In this document: piece by piece, positions 1 to 9,228 of the stretch
Layout: the number at the start of each line of letters is the position of its first letter
Position numbering within the stretch: position 1 is the stretch's first letter
IMG/VR virus record: IMGVR_UViG_3300034104_005687
Coordinates: 285,370-349,369 of that record
Length of the DNA stretch: 64,000 nt
Direction: 5' to 3' (one strand)
The notes under the pieces: generated by a model
Database searches by the model: none
Told to the model about the DNA's origin: nothing
The model's input: only the letters and a program-made list of their open reading frames with translations
Made by a program: the position numbers and the translations under genes

Positions 1-1
1 C

Positions 2-793
2 GAGCAAGGTGTGGCGGAAGGCGTTCCTCAACCTGGTAAATCATCTGGCAAACCTATATCCTGGATTGATCCTACCAAAGTTGTAACAGAATATCTAACG
101 CTAGATGAGATATTCAAGTCAGTATCAGGCATACCATACTATAACAATGTTGTAACAGATAGAGATAATAAAGACTTTACTTGGGGAGTAACTAAAAGAG
201 TAATTCAATATGCAAAAGAATTAGTCATACGACCCGATGCCTATAAAAACTGGCCTCCTATAATAGTTTTAGATGGCAAATTACAAGACGGGGCACATCG
301 CATATCCACTATATACTTGATGCAACAAAGAGTTCAGCCAAATAACCCAATTTGGAAAAACGCTAAACTAAAAGTAGAATTTGGTACATCAGATAATGTA
401 AAGCAAGGTGTGGCGGAAGGCAACGATGATATCTGGGGACCGCAAGGAAACTTTGCTGGAGATATCAAAATAGATGTTGGCACAGCAAGCATGAAAAAAA
501 TACAAGCTGGTGATACTGTAAAGTATTTTGGAGAAACAGCACAAGTAATTGAACTAGATCCAGACAAAAACTATGCTCGAATCTCAGCCAATGGCAAGAC
601 TCTGAATGTGCGTTTATCTGACTTAAAACAGTTAGGTCGAGGTGTAGGCGAAAACCAAGGTTGGGCTGCTACCTTTACCAACGAAGACGACTACATAGAA
701 GAAAAGTGGAGCAGCAAGTACAAAAACAGCATCAACTGTGCTGCACCACGAGGATTCAGTCAACGTGCTCACTGTGCTGGCCGCAAAAAATAA
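2..793 (+). CDS. 3' part of a modular (probably virion-internal) polyprotein: ParB/Srx-like cassette, KOW/SH3-like module, basic Cys-containing tail; open at window edge
   Basis: Frame open from position 2; PPIIV..DGAHR ParB-like motif; modules delimited by QGVAEG, QGVAEG, RGVGEN. Confidence 0.75.
   Translation, partial: EQGVAEGVPQPGKSSGKPISWIDPTKVVTEYLTLDEIFKSVSGIPYYNNVVTDRDNKDFTWGVTKRVIQYAKELVIRPDAYKNWPPIIVLDGKLQDGAHRISTIYLMQQRVQPNNPIWKNAKLKVEFGTSDNVKQGVAEGNDDIWGPQGNFAGDIKIDVGTASMKKIQAGDTVKYFGETAQVIELDPDKNYARISANGKTLNVRLSDLKQLGRGVGENQGWAATFTNEDDYIEEKWSSKYKNSINCAAPRGFSQRAHCAGRKK
3..21 (+). repeat. 19-bp repeat AGCAAGGTGTGGCGGAAGG copy 1
   Basis: Exact match to 402-420, 8621-8639, 8975-8993. 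Confidence 0.97.
402..420 (+). repeat. 19-bp repeat copy 2
   Basis: Exact copy 399 bp (133 codons) after copy 1. Confidence 0.97.
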
Positions 794-876
794 TTGATTT
801 TTGTTTCAAAACCACTAGAAAAATTTTGTCAGGCCGTGTATAATCTGTAAATATTAGCACATTTTACGGAGATACC

Positions 877-1779
877 ATGGCAGACATTCAACCCACAACC
901 ACCCCACCTAGCAACACTGATCCCGCTCAAGTACAGATTCAAGTTGATCTAGATTACTTGCGCACTACTCGTGTTCATATCTGCATGCCATGCTACGGCG
1001 GCATGATGACTGAACAAACATTCATGAGCTTTATCAAATGGGGCAATACTTGTCGCCAATTGGGCATTGACTGGACTGTGGAAACCATGACCAATGAAAG
1101 CTTAATCAGTCGTGCACGAAACACACTCACAGCCAAGTTCTTGAACACACCCGAAAGCACTCACTTGATGTTTATCGACGCAGACATTGGCTGGGAACCC
1201 TGGCACCTGTTGGTCATGATCAATGCTCGCAAAGACGTGATCGGCGGCTTGTACCCCATGAAGAGTTTGCCTGTGAAATGGTGCGTCAACGGCATCCCGG
1301 GCAAAGAAGAAGGCACACCCGAACAACCACACTTGGTAGAAGTCAGCAAAACTGGCACAGGTTTCTTGTTGATCAAGCGCGATGTGTTTGAAAAGCTGAA
1401 TCAGCACCCTGCTACTCGTCCGTTCAACAACGACATTGGCTTGCCCGAAGAACTCAATCCTTACATGAAAACCTACTTTGACACAGCAGTGCGTGAAAAT
1501 CGTTACTACTCCGAAGACTGGACATTCTGTGAAAACTGGCGTGATCTAGGCGGGGAAGTGTACGTGGACAAACGTGTGCTGTTGCGTCACGTGGGCACCT
1601 ATGTGTTTGACGGTCAAACACAAGACAAACTGTATCAGGACCTTGCTGCTCTGGTCAAAGGTCCCACACATCAGATTCCTAGCCAGTTGCCGCCTGCGGC
1701 TACAGAGGCTGCACCTGCTGCAGAGCCTGAAGTGTTTGCATCTAGCCAAACCCCCGAAACAACTTCTACAGCTCCGTAA
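877..1779 (+). CDS. GT-A fold glycosyltransferase-like protein
   Basis: ARN..T..FL, FIDADIGW (DxD), GTGFLLIKR, SEDWTFC; GGAG RBS. Confidence 0.7.
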   Translation: MADIQPTTTPPSNTDPAQVQIQVDLDYLRTTRVHICMPCYGGMMTEQTFMSFIKWGNTCRQLGIDWTVETMTNESLISRARNTLTAKFLNTPESTHLMFIDADIGWEPWHLLVMINARKDVIGGLYPMKSLPVKWCVNGIPGKEEGTPEQPHLVEVSKTGTGFLLIKRDVFEKLNQHPATRPFNNDIGLPEELNPYMKTYFDTAVRENRYYSEDWTFCENWRDLGGEVYVDKRVLLRHVGTYVFDGQTQDKLYQDLAALVKGPTHQIPSQLPPAATEAAPAAEPEVFASSQTPETTSTAP

Positions 1780-1782
1780 CGG

Positions 1783-1788
1783 TAAATA
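1783..1788 (+). promoter_or_regulatory. T4-like late promoter core TAAATA (representative of many copies)
   Basis: TAAATA/TAAGTA recurs 4-8 nt before many ATGs, e.g. 8084, 15420, 31254, 40321, 57252. Confidence 0.65.
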
Positions 1789-1793
1789 CACTC

Positions 1794-4700
1794 ATGAACC
1801 TCCATGAGTTAGATTCCTACAACCTTGCAGATGCAGTAAAATTCCACAATCGCCTTAACCCGCGGTTGTGGGACAAAACTGAACATCTGTTGCCCGAAGT
1901 ACACAACAAACTGCTGGAAATAGCAGCCGATTTTCAAGAATTTTTGGGTGTGCCTGATCTAGACGTAGTGGATGTCACAGTGTCAGGATCCAATGCAGCC
2001 TACAGTTATACCCCACACAGTGACATTGACCTGCATCTTGTGGTGCAAATGCCAGAGCAAAACAGCGAAGTATTTCAAGAACTTTTCAACGCCAAAAAAT
2101 ATCAGTACAACGATGAACACGACATACGCATAGGGGGTGCTGATGTTGAACTCTATGTTCAACCTGCGGATCAAAAACATCATAGTCTAGGAATCTACAG
2201 TGTCAAAAACAATGACTGGGTCCAGGTACCACGCAGACGCAAAATAGAACTAGACGACCAGTGCGTGGCTCATAAAACTGAAGATCTGGCAGCCAGGATT
2301 GATCAAGCTGTGGCATCCGGCAGCGAAGAAACCATGCAGCGTTTGTGGGACAAAATTAAGACCATGCGTCAGACTGGGCTAGAGCAAGCCGGCGAGTTTG
2401 GCTGCGATAACTTGGTATTCAAAATGCTGCGTCGTTCTGGACACATCGAACGTTTAACGCAAGCCAAGACACAGGCTCATGATCGTGAGCTCAGTCTCAC
2501 AGAAAAGAAAAAACGCAAGAAGGCCAAAAAGAAATTTACCTATGGTGCGTTTGGTGGCTGGTTCTATCCAGGCTACAACTTTGGCGCAGGCGAAACCGGT
2601 GATGCTGGTGGCGGAGACGGCGGTGGAGAAAGTGTACGCGAAGTTGATTCAGGCATTGCACAAGGCAGCGCCATTGGTGACGCTGGTGCACAAAGCACAT
2701 GGGACGGGGTAAGTCCTGACACTGACGAATATCTCAGTGAAGAAGCCGAAGCCGAAAGCATTGTGCGTGATTTCATTAGAGACACTGCTCGCCGACTGAA
2801 CATTCAGAAACTACCGCGTGTGCGACTACACAATGATGACAGCTGGAGCGAAAATGCCGGCAGCTTTGGCAGATACGTACCTGAAACACACGAACTACAT
2901 GTGAACATGGCCGATCGCCACATCATGGACATATTGCGTACCACTGCACACGAATTGGCACATTGTAGACAGCACGAACTGTCGCCGTTGCCTGCTGATG
3001 CTGGCAACACTGGCAGTCGTTGGGAAAATCAAGCACATGCCACAGCTGGTGTGATCATGCGTGATTATGCTGATGCACATCCAGAAATGTTTGACAAATC
3101 TGCTGTAACTGAAAGCTCAGGTTACATTCCCACTGACGCAGAAAAGAACGATCCACGCTTTGTGATGGCCTTGAGTCCAGATGTTCGTCCAGGCGCAACA
3201 GGCAAGAATGCCAACAAGATGGCGTTGAGGACCAATGCACAAGGTCAGCCACAATTGGCCAAGACCAATGGCCTAGTAGAAAGCCTGCGTCGAGAGTTTG
3301 CTCTCCTAGAGGATGAATTTCTAGGCGAAATCAAAATGACCAGCAAGAATCTGCGAGCTGAAGCCGCCAAGACTGGTGCTATAGCTGGCATGGAATTTGA
3401 AATGATTGTGCCCAACACTGAAGGCAACGATGACGGTGACTTGGAACCCGACTATGACGCAGACCAACGCTGCCGTAGCATAGATGATGCTGTGGAGTTT
3501 TTCTATGACGGCGACTACAATGGCCGTAGAGATGTTGAAAACCTACGTGCAAGAATGAACAACGATTTCCAGGAATGGCGTGATGATAAAATTGGCAATG
3601 ATTGGGATACGGATGGGGATGATTATGTGCGTGAGTGGGTTGCCAACAATGTAGACGAATCAGAATGGAACAACAATGAAGATGATCCTGAAGCTTCGCG
3701 TGAAGAAAAATTAGACAACTTTGCTGCTAATGTTTACAATGATCCCGGCAGTAATTACCATCAACAAGCATTTGATGAGTTCCGAGAAGAAAATCAAGAC
3801 TCATATGACGAAAGTGACTGGTTAGACGCTGAAGACCTAGATCGCATGAGCGGTGTTGAAAACGCCTATGATATTTCTTGGCCGCACTGGACCAGCGGTG
3901 GCGGCGGTGGCGAAGCCAGTATTGAAGATGTAGCACAAGAGTTTGAAAATGCCATAGGCCGTGACGTTCGAGCCAGTGGCAGCTATCATTCAGGACGAGT
4001 ACAAAGACCCAGCCCTACACAACAACACTATGTGGTCGAGCCCGATGGCAGTTTGGAGCCGGATGATACCAATGATCAAGGCCTGGAGTTTGTAAGTCCG
4101 CCCCTGCCCATTGACGATATACTAAGTGACTTGAACAAAGTCAAGGCCTGGGCCAAAGAATATGGCTGCTATACCAACGACTCAACAGGCTTGCACATCA
4201 ACATCTCAGTGCCCAACTACAGCAGAGAAAACTTGGACTTTGTAAAGTTAGCATTGTTAATGGGCGACGAGTATATCCTGGACTTGTTTGGTCGTGTTGG
4301 CAATACCTACGCTAAGTCAGCCATGAAGCTGGTCAAGGAAAAAGTACGTGAAAATCCAGATGCAGCAAAACAGTTGCTGGACAAGATGAAGGGTAACTTG
4401 GATGCACTTGCTACCAAGGCCATCCACTCAGGTATTACCAGCAAGTACACCAGCATCAACACCAAGGACGGACACATTGAATTCCGCTCACCTGGTGGTG
4501 ACTGGCTGGATGACAACTTTGACAAGATTGAAAACACCCTGTTACGATTCACAGTGGCCATGAGTGCGGCACTGAATCCGGATGCTTATCGTCAAGAGTA
4601 TCAAAAGAAACTTTACAAATTGTTGACTGCGGACCAAAAGGATTCAGACACAATCAAGTATTTTGCACAATATGCTGCTGGTGAGCTACCCAAGGCTGCC

Positions 4701-6020
4701 TTGCGTAGTTTTGTTAAGCAAGCACAACTAGAGCGCAAGGTAAAACGCGGCGAAACAATCAATCAAAAAATGTGGTGGAGCGTTACCAATCCCCCGCAAA
4801 GTTCTGCCGGTATAGAAGTTGTTGCTACCTCTAAAGAAGAAGCCATTGCCCAAGCCCTGGGACCAGATGGCTATCCTGGCTGGGCCAACACACGACAATC
4901 AGTTGTGGCCAAGCCTTTGCGTCCATTTGAAGACACCAGTTTGGACAAACCTTTTGTATGGAAAGTTCAAGGCACTGATTCTCCATATCAAAGACAAGGT
5001 ATAGAAGTTGTTGCTTTTAGTGAGCTCGAAGCAATGCAAAAAGCCAGACGACGATGGAATTTAAACATAGGTACAACCCCAGAACAAGAATTCTTTAGAA
5101 CCAACCGTTGGATTGCTACCACTGTTCGTCCTGCTGAAGAACCTGAACAAGATCAAGACAGTGCAACAACTGGCAACTGGGGAGCTTATGTAACGGTGCT
5201 TGATCGGTTTGCAGAATTCAACGACCAAGGTACCACCCGTACTAGGAGATTCAGAGACCAGGCAGCAGCTGAGTCCTGGATACAGAATTATAATATAAGG
5301 TACCCTAGAAATGATCTTGAATTGACTGCTCGAGAGCTTGAACCTTCTGAACAAGCGCCGCAGTCTGGCCGTGCTGCCACAAGCCCAACAGGACAGTGGA
5401 AAATGGTTGATGGTTTAAATCGTGAAGTATATCGTTTCCGTCCTGCAGAGAATACTAGAGCCAAAGCCAATGAGTTAGCCTCACTATGGGCACGGGAAAA
5501 CAACTTTGATGGCAATTATCAAGTTGAACCTGCGGAAGATACTGCACAAACAGATACGAACCCACTAACACCAACAGGCTCTGGACCCTGGGAAGTAGCC
5601 AGCAGAAGCAACAATCAAGTTTATTACAACCCACCAAGCAGTAATCCTATTGAAGCAGAGTCACAATCAAGAACGTGGTTAAGACAAAACGATCACAACG
5701 AATCAGACTTTGAAGTACGAACTCGAGAAGGTGTTGGTGGCACAGACACAGCACAAGGTGGTATCATTGATATTGAACCAGATATATCACAATACAATGC
5801 ACCACAAACACTGACCCGCCCTGGGCAAGATCAGCAGGTGTTTACAGGCCAATGGAAAGTAACACTCGATGGCGAAGAGATTCATCGCTTTGGCGGCATT
5901 GGTAACAATCAAATGGATGCAAATCGTGTTGGCCGTGAATGGGCACGTAATCAAATACGTCAAGGATTATTATATCCTGCGGGCGATATCGAAGTCTTTC
6001 CAGTAATGGGAAATGCCTAA
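1794..6020 (+). CDS. Polyvalent protein: Pol-beta-type nucleotidyltransferase + HExxH metallopeptidase-like domain + amidoligase + C-terminal repeats
   Basis: GSNAAY..SDIDLHL; HELAH; GMEFE..EPDGSL..GLEFVSPP..TGLHINIS..IEFRSPG. Confidence 0.8.
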   Translation: MNLHELDSYNLADAVKFHNRLNPRLWDKTEHLLPEVHNKLLEIAADFQEFLGVPDLDVVDVTVSGSNAAYSYTPHSDIDLHLVVQMPEQNSEVFQELFNAKKYQYNDEHDIRIGGADVELYVQPADQKHHSLGIYSVKNNDWVQVPRRRKIELDDQCVAHKTEDLAARIDQAVASGSEETMQRLWDKIKTMRQTGLEQAGEFGCDNLVFKMLRRSGHIERLTQAKTQAHDRELSLTEKKKRKKAKKKFTYGAFGGWFYPGYNFGAGETGDAGGGDGGGESVREVDSGIAQGSAIGDAGAQSTWDGVSPDTDEYLSEEAEAESIVRDFIRDTARRLNIQKLPRVRLHNDDSWSENAGSFGRYVPETHELHVNMADRHIMDILRTTAHELAHCRQHELSPLPADAGNTGSRWENQAHATAGVIMRDYADAHPEMFDKSAVTESSGYIPTDAEKNDPRFVMALSPDVRPGATGKNANKMALRTNAQGQPQLAKTNGLVESLRREFALLEDEFLGEIKMTSKNLRAEAAKTGAIAGMEFEMIVPNTEGNDDGDLEPDYDADQRCRSIDDAVEFFYDGDYNGRRDVENLRARMNNDFQEWRDDKIGNDWDTDGDDYVREWVANNVDESEWNNNEDDPEASREEKLDNFAANVYNDPGSNYHQQAFDEFREENQDSYDESDWLDAEDLDRMSGVENAYDISWPHWTSGGGGGEASIEDVAQEFENAIGRDVRASGSYHSGRVQRPSPTQQHYVVEPDGSLEPDDTNDQGLEFVSPPLPIDDILSDLNKVKAWAKEYGCYTNDSTGLHINISVPNYSRENLDFVKLALLMGDEYILDLFGRVGNTYAKSAMKLVKEKVRENPDAAKQLLDKMKGNLDALATKAIHSGITSKYTSINTKDGHIEFRSPGGDWLDDNFDKIENTLLRFTVAMSAALNPDAYRQEYQKKLYKLLTADQKDSDTIKYFAQYAAGELPKAALRSFVKQAQLERKVKRGETINQKMWWSVTNPPQSSAGIEVVATSKEEAIAQALGPDGYPGWANTRQSVVAKPLRPFEDTSLDKPFVWKVQGTDSPYQRQGIEVVAFSELEAMQKARRRWNLNIGTTPEQEFFRTNRWIATTVRPAEEPEQDQDSATTGNWGAYVTVLDRFAEFNDQGTTRTRRFRDQAAAESWIQNYNIRYPRNDLELTARELEPSEQAPQSGRAATSPTGQWKMVDGLNREVYRFRPAENTRAKANELASLWARENNFDGNYQVEPAEDTAQTDTNPLTPTGSGPWEVASRSNNQVYYNPPSSNPIEAESQSRTWLRQNDHNESDFEVRTREGVGGTDTAQGGIIDIEPDISQYNAPQTLTRPGQDQQVFTGQWKVTLDGEEIHRFGGIGNNQMDANRVGREWARNQIRQGLLYPAGDIEVFPVMGNA

Positions 6021-6562
6021 TGCGAGCTAATGAGTTTGTTGTTGAAGCACACGTTCCACCTATACGTGATCAGATTCGTGCTGACGTGAAAAAGAATGGT
6101 CCTGGTGAATATTTTGTGCGTGTAACTGCTGTAGACCAACTGGGATTTAGTGCCAGGCAAAAGTTTGGTCGATCGCCCGACATGGATGATCCCAACTTTG
6201 ATGTAGACTACATTGGTGCAGGCCGAGGACGTCCTGCACTTTGGTTCTACCCAGTTAACGAATATCTCAAAAACAAAGACTTGTACGCAACAGAAAATCC
6301 TTATGTTTGGCTAGTTAAACTAAAAGACACAGCTTGGCTACAACCTGCTCGTCGTGGTGATTCAGGTGTGGCTAATCCGCCGCAGGGTAAACAACGTGTG
6401 GGTATTATGCGTATGAGTAATCCTCCGGCTGCTATATTCTTCCAGCCAGGATTTGATGTTGTAGGACGTTACTATGACTATGCAGGACAACACAAGCGTC
6501 ACGGCGAAGTCAAGGGTCGTCCTGATCCTAGCTGGTTTGATCGTGTTAGAGGTCAATCATGA
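6020..6562 (+). CDS. Hypothetical protein with capsid-targeting-like N-terminus MRANEFVVE
   Basis: TAATG coupling; N-terminal motif shared with neighbours. Confidence 0.75.
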   Translation: MRANEFVVEAHVPPIRDQIRADVKKNGPGEYFVRVTAVDQLGFSARQKFGRSPDMDDPNFDVDYIGAGRGRPALWFYPVNEYLKNKDLYATENPYVWLVKLKDTAWLQPARRGDSGVANPPQGKQRVGIMRMSNPPAAIFFQPGFDVVGRYYDYAGQHKRHGEVKGRPDPSWFDRVRGQS

Positions 6563-7041
6563 GAGCACAAGAGTTTGTAGGCGAAAAAGTTTCTCCAGAA
6601 ACTGCACAAGACGGTTTTCTTGATCAGCAGCTGGTCAACAACGGAGAATGGACAATCAAAGCCACGGGCGATACACGACGCTATGGTGACACAGTTGCCA
6701 ATGTGTTGCATGTAAAGGTGTTTGATACCAACACCAATGAAGAACTGGCCTGGGTCGATTTTCTTGTAAAAACTCGTAGAGAAGATGGAGAGCGATACAT
6801 GGAGTCAGCATACACTTATGTAAATCCTCGATACCGCGGCAAGGGACTGGCCAAGTTAATGTATCAGTATGCCAATAGCTTGGGCAACGACATTCAACCA
6901 AGTCAAATGCAAACTGACATGGGCAAAGGTATGTGGAAAGGACTCAACAAGGCTGTGAAACAACCTCCTTTGCTGCCTACTGTGTCTGTGCCCGAGAAAC
7001 CGCCCAGTGTGTGGCAGCGTTTGCGAAAGGCCGTGGTATGA
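6559..7041 (+). CDS. GNAT acetyltransferase, N-terminus MRAQEFVGE
   Basis: YVNPRYRGKGLAKLMY acetyl-CoA motif A; ATGA overlap. Confidence 0.8.
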   Translation: MRAQEFVGEKVSPETAQDGFLDQQLVNNGEWTIKATGDTRRYGDTVANVLHVKVFDTNTNEELAWVDFLVKTRREDGERYMESAYTYVNPRYRGKGLAKLMYQYANSLGNDIQPSQMQTDMGKGMWKGLNKAVKQPPLLPTVSVPEKPPSVWQRLRKAVV

Positions 7042-7586
7042 GAGCAAATGAATTTACACAACCACGGGCTGCTGGCTGTATAATAGTAGCTGAGGACACA
7101 GGTCGTTGGTGTTTACAGCAACGCAGTGACACAGTGAGTGATCCTGGCCTGTGGTCAACCTGGGGTGGCGGCTGTGAACTAGGAGAAACACTGGAACAAT
7201 GTGTGCGTAGAGAGCTGGCAGAAGAAGGTGGATATGTAGGCCCACTCCAGTTGGAACCACTCAGCAGCAACAGTCAGTATGCCACCTTTATTGGTCGTGT
7301 GCCACATGAATTTGAACCCAAAATCAATCGTGAATCAAAAGACTGGTGCTGGTGTGAGTCAGATCAACTGCCTGAACCCATGCATCCAGGACTTGCACAA
7401 GCGTTGAGTGAAAACTTTGCTGACGGCAAAGTAAAAGGAAAAAGCAGACCTGGGCGTGTAAAACGTGCAGGTGCCAGCTGCAATGGAAGTGTAACAGATC
7501 TAAGAGCAAGAGCCAAACGTGCATCAGGAGAAAGAGCCCGTATGTACCACTGGTGTGCCAACATGAAATCAGGACGTAAAAAATAA
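7038..7586 (+). CDS. NUDIX hydrolase with basic Cys-containing C-terminal module, N-terminus MRANEF
   Basis: Nudix box GGGCELGETLEQCVRRELAEEGG; start moved to the ATGA overlap at 7038. Confidence 0.85.
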   Translation: MRANEFTQPRAAGCIIVAEDTGRWCLQQRSDTVSDPGLWSTWGGGCELGETLEQCVRRELAEEGGYVGPLQLEPLSSNSQYATFIGRVPHEFEPKINRESKDWCWCESDQLPEPMHPGLAQALSENFADGKVKGKSRPGRVKRAGASCNGSVTDLRARAKRASGERARMYHWCANMKSGRKK

Positions 7587-7624
7587 GAGGCGGTCTCCTG
7601 TAACTTAAACTTATTTCAAAAACA

Positions 7625-8075
7625 AACAGCACAAGGTTGGCGGGCCGAATATAATACCGCTGGTGAATCCGCTCTGATGTGTGGCGGTAGCCAATTCTGT
7701 CCGCTGTTAACAGGCTTCTGTTCTCTACCCCTGTGCCGCAGGGATGCCCAGAGAAAACGTCTGCCCTGTGGCAGTAGCGTTAGAACAGTCGTACGGGTTG
7801 AGCGTAGCGCAAGCTAGCTTATTGTCAGATACTGTCATAGATCCAATTGACACCGAGGGATCTTTAAAAGTCGTAGCAGGTAGGGTAAGGTACAGAGCCC
7901 AGAACAGTAGACAACACAAATACCTGCTGTCATAAGTGTGGCTGAGCAACTCAGCGAATGTCTTGGCGCCCTGTTTCAGGGTGTCGTATGGCGTCACAAT
8001 CTAGCGAAATATCTCTTGTGTATTTGTATAAACAAAGCGAGCTGACAAGCGAAGCTTAGGATTGCGTAGCAATCC
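7625..8075 (+). ncRNA. Putative large structured non-coding element (RNA or ssDNA)
   Basis: About 510-bp gap in a gene-dense region with many nested inverted repeats; strand uncertain. Confidence 0.5.
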
Positions 8076-8097
8076 GATCAGACTAAATACAAATACT

Positions 8098-9228
8098 ATG
8101 CTATTCAACGAACTCTTTAACTCTAGCCCTGAACCCCTTGCTGAGGGTGTATTGGATAACCCTGGGCAAGAACACAGCCCGGTTGCGTCTGCTATTATTC
8201 GTCGTATCTTGCTACAGCGTACAGACTTATTGAGCAAGTACGGTCCTGAGCGAGTGGGTGCAGCAGTTGACGATGTTGCTGACTTTGTGGGTGACACGGA
8301 CGAAATTGGCAGTAGCGATGTATCCGGTTGGGTTCGCCAAGTTGAACAGATGTTGGGCAACATGACAGAAGCTGGATACAAGCGTGATGCGTATCAAAGA
8401 GATTACGACAATAGTGTTGCAGGCATGAGCAAACGTGACTCTTACGCCTACAGTCAAGACGGTGGTGGCAACGATGAACGCCACGATCTAGATCCCACTG
8501 AGTGGTACATTGTCAAAGATGGCAAAATGTTCAAAGCAACTGTGTATCCTACCCAAGTACAGTCAGCAATGTCACAGGGCTTTAGTCCCAGCAGAGAAGA
8601 AGCCAAAGCCAGAGCTGACCAGCAAGGTGTGGCGGAAGGCTCAGATTTTTTTGCAGGTAGCAAATTTGCCGACGAAGATGGCAATACATTTAGTGTAGAA
8701 AAAATAATAGCCTTTGCCAAAAAAAATCCAAAATATTTTCATAAAGATTTTCCATTATCAAAAATAAAACATGATCTTTCATGGTGGCAAGGAAATAAAG
8801 AAAGAATGATGAATGCTGATACAAGTTTTCCACTGTTAGTAATTCAAAATGATGATGGACATCTTGGTGTTGCTGATGGGCTTAATCGCATGAAAAAAGC
8901 AGTTGATGTTGAGAAGAAAACAACTATTGATGTTTATCTAGTTCCAAAAAAAGATATTATGAAGTTCTCTGAAAAGCAAGGTGTGGCGGAAGGTGATATC
9001 GGTCAGTTAGAAAAAGATATTGCTGCTGCACCAGTTGAGCCTATTGCCAACATGGAAGGCTCCAACGAAAAGATTGGCAATATGGATGCTGATGCGTTTG
9101 ATTCTGCCATGGCACGCCTTAAAAAGCTAGCAGGTGCAGGGCCAATGAAAACTGTGTGGGATCCTACCAAACGTGTTTACCGCAACATGCCCACAGCAGT
9201 TCAACCTCCTCAACAGCCCAAAAAATGA
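8098..9228 (+). CDS. Modular polyprotein with repeat-flanked ParB/Srx-like cassette
   Basis: ATG follows TAAATA at 8084; modules separated by LAE/MTE/VAE/NME; PLLV..DGLNR motif. Confidence 0.8.
   Translation: MLFNELFNSSPEPLAEGVLDNPGQEHSPVASAIIRRILLQRTDLLSKYGPERVGAAVDDVADFVGDTDEIGSSDVSGWVRQVEQMLGNMTEAGYKRDAYQRDYDNSVAGMSKRDSYAYSQDGGGNDERHDLDPTEWYIVKDGKMFKATVYPTQVQSAMSQGFSPSREEAKARADQQGVAEGSDFFAGSKFADEDGNTFSVEKIIAFAKKNPKYFHKDFPLSKIKHDLSWWQGNKERMMNADTSFPLLVIQNDDGHLGVADGLNRMKKAVDVEKKTTIDVYLVPKKDIMKFSEKQGVAEGDIGQLEKDIAAAPVEPIANMEGSNEKIGNMDADAFDSAMARLKKLAGAGPMKTVWDPTKRVYRNMPTAVQPPQQPKK
8621..8639 (+). repeat. 19-bp repeat copy 3
   Basis: Exact copy. Confidence 0.97.
8975..8993 (+). repeat. 19-bp repeat copy 4
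   Basis: Exact copy 354 bp (118 codons) after copy 3. Confidence 0.97.

Noticed and set aside
3-21. Repeat as a Chi site
   Set aside because: Does not match GCTGGTGG and is confined to cassette borders.
7725-7997. Short ORFs in the structured gap
   Set aside because: No RBS or recognisable protein features; dense base pairing explains the region better.
3-8993. CRISPR array from the 19-bp repeats
   Set aside because: Only pairs, 354-399 bp apart, in frame within genes, and no cas genes.
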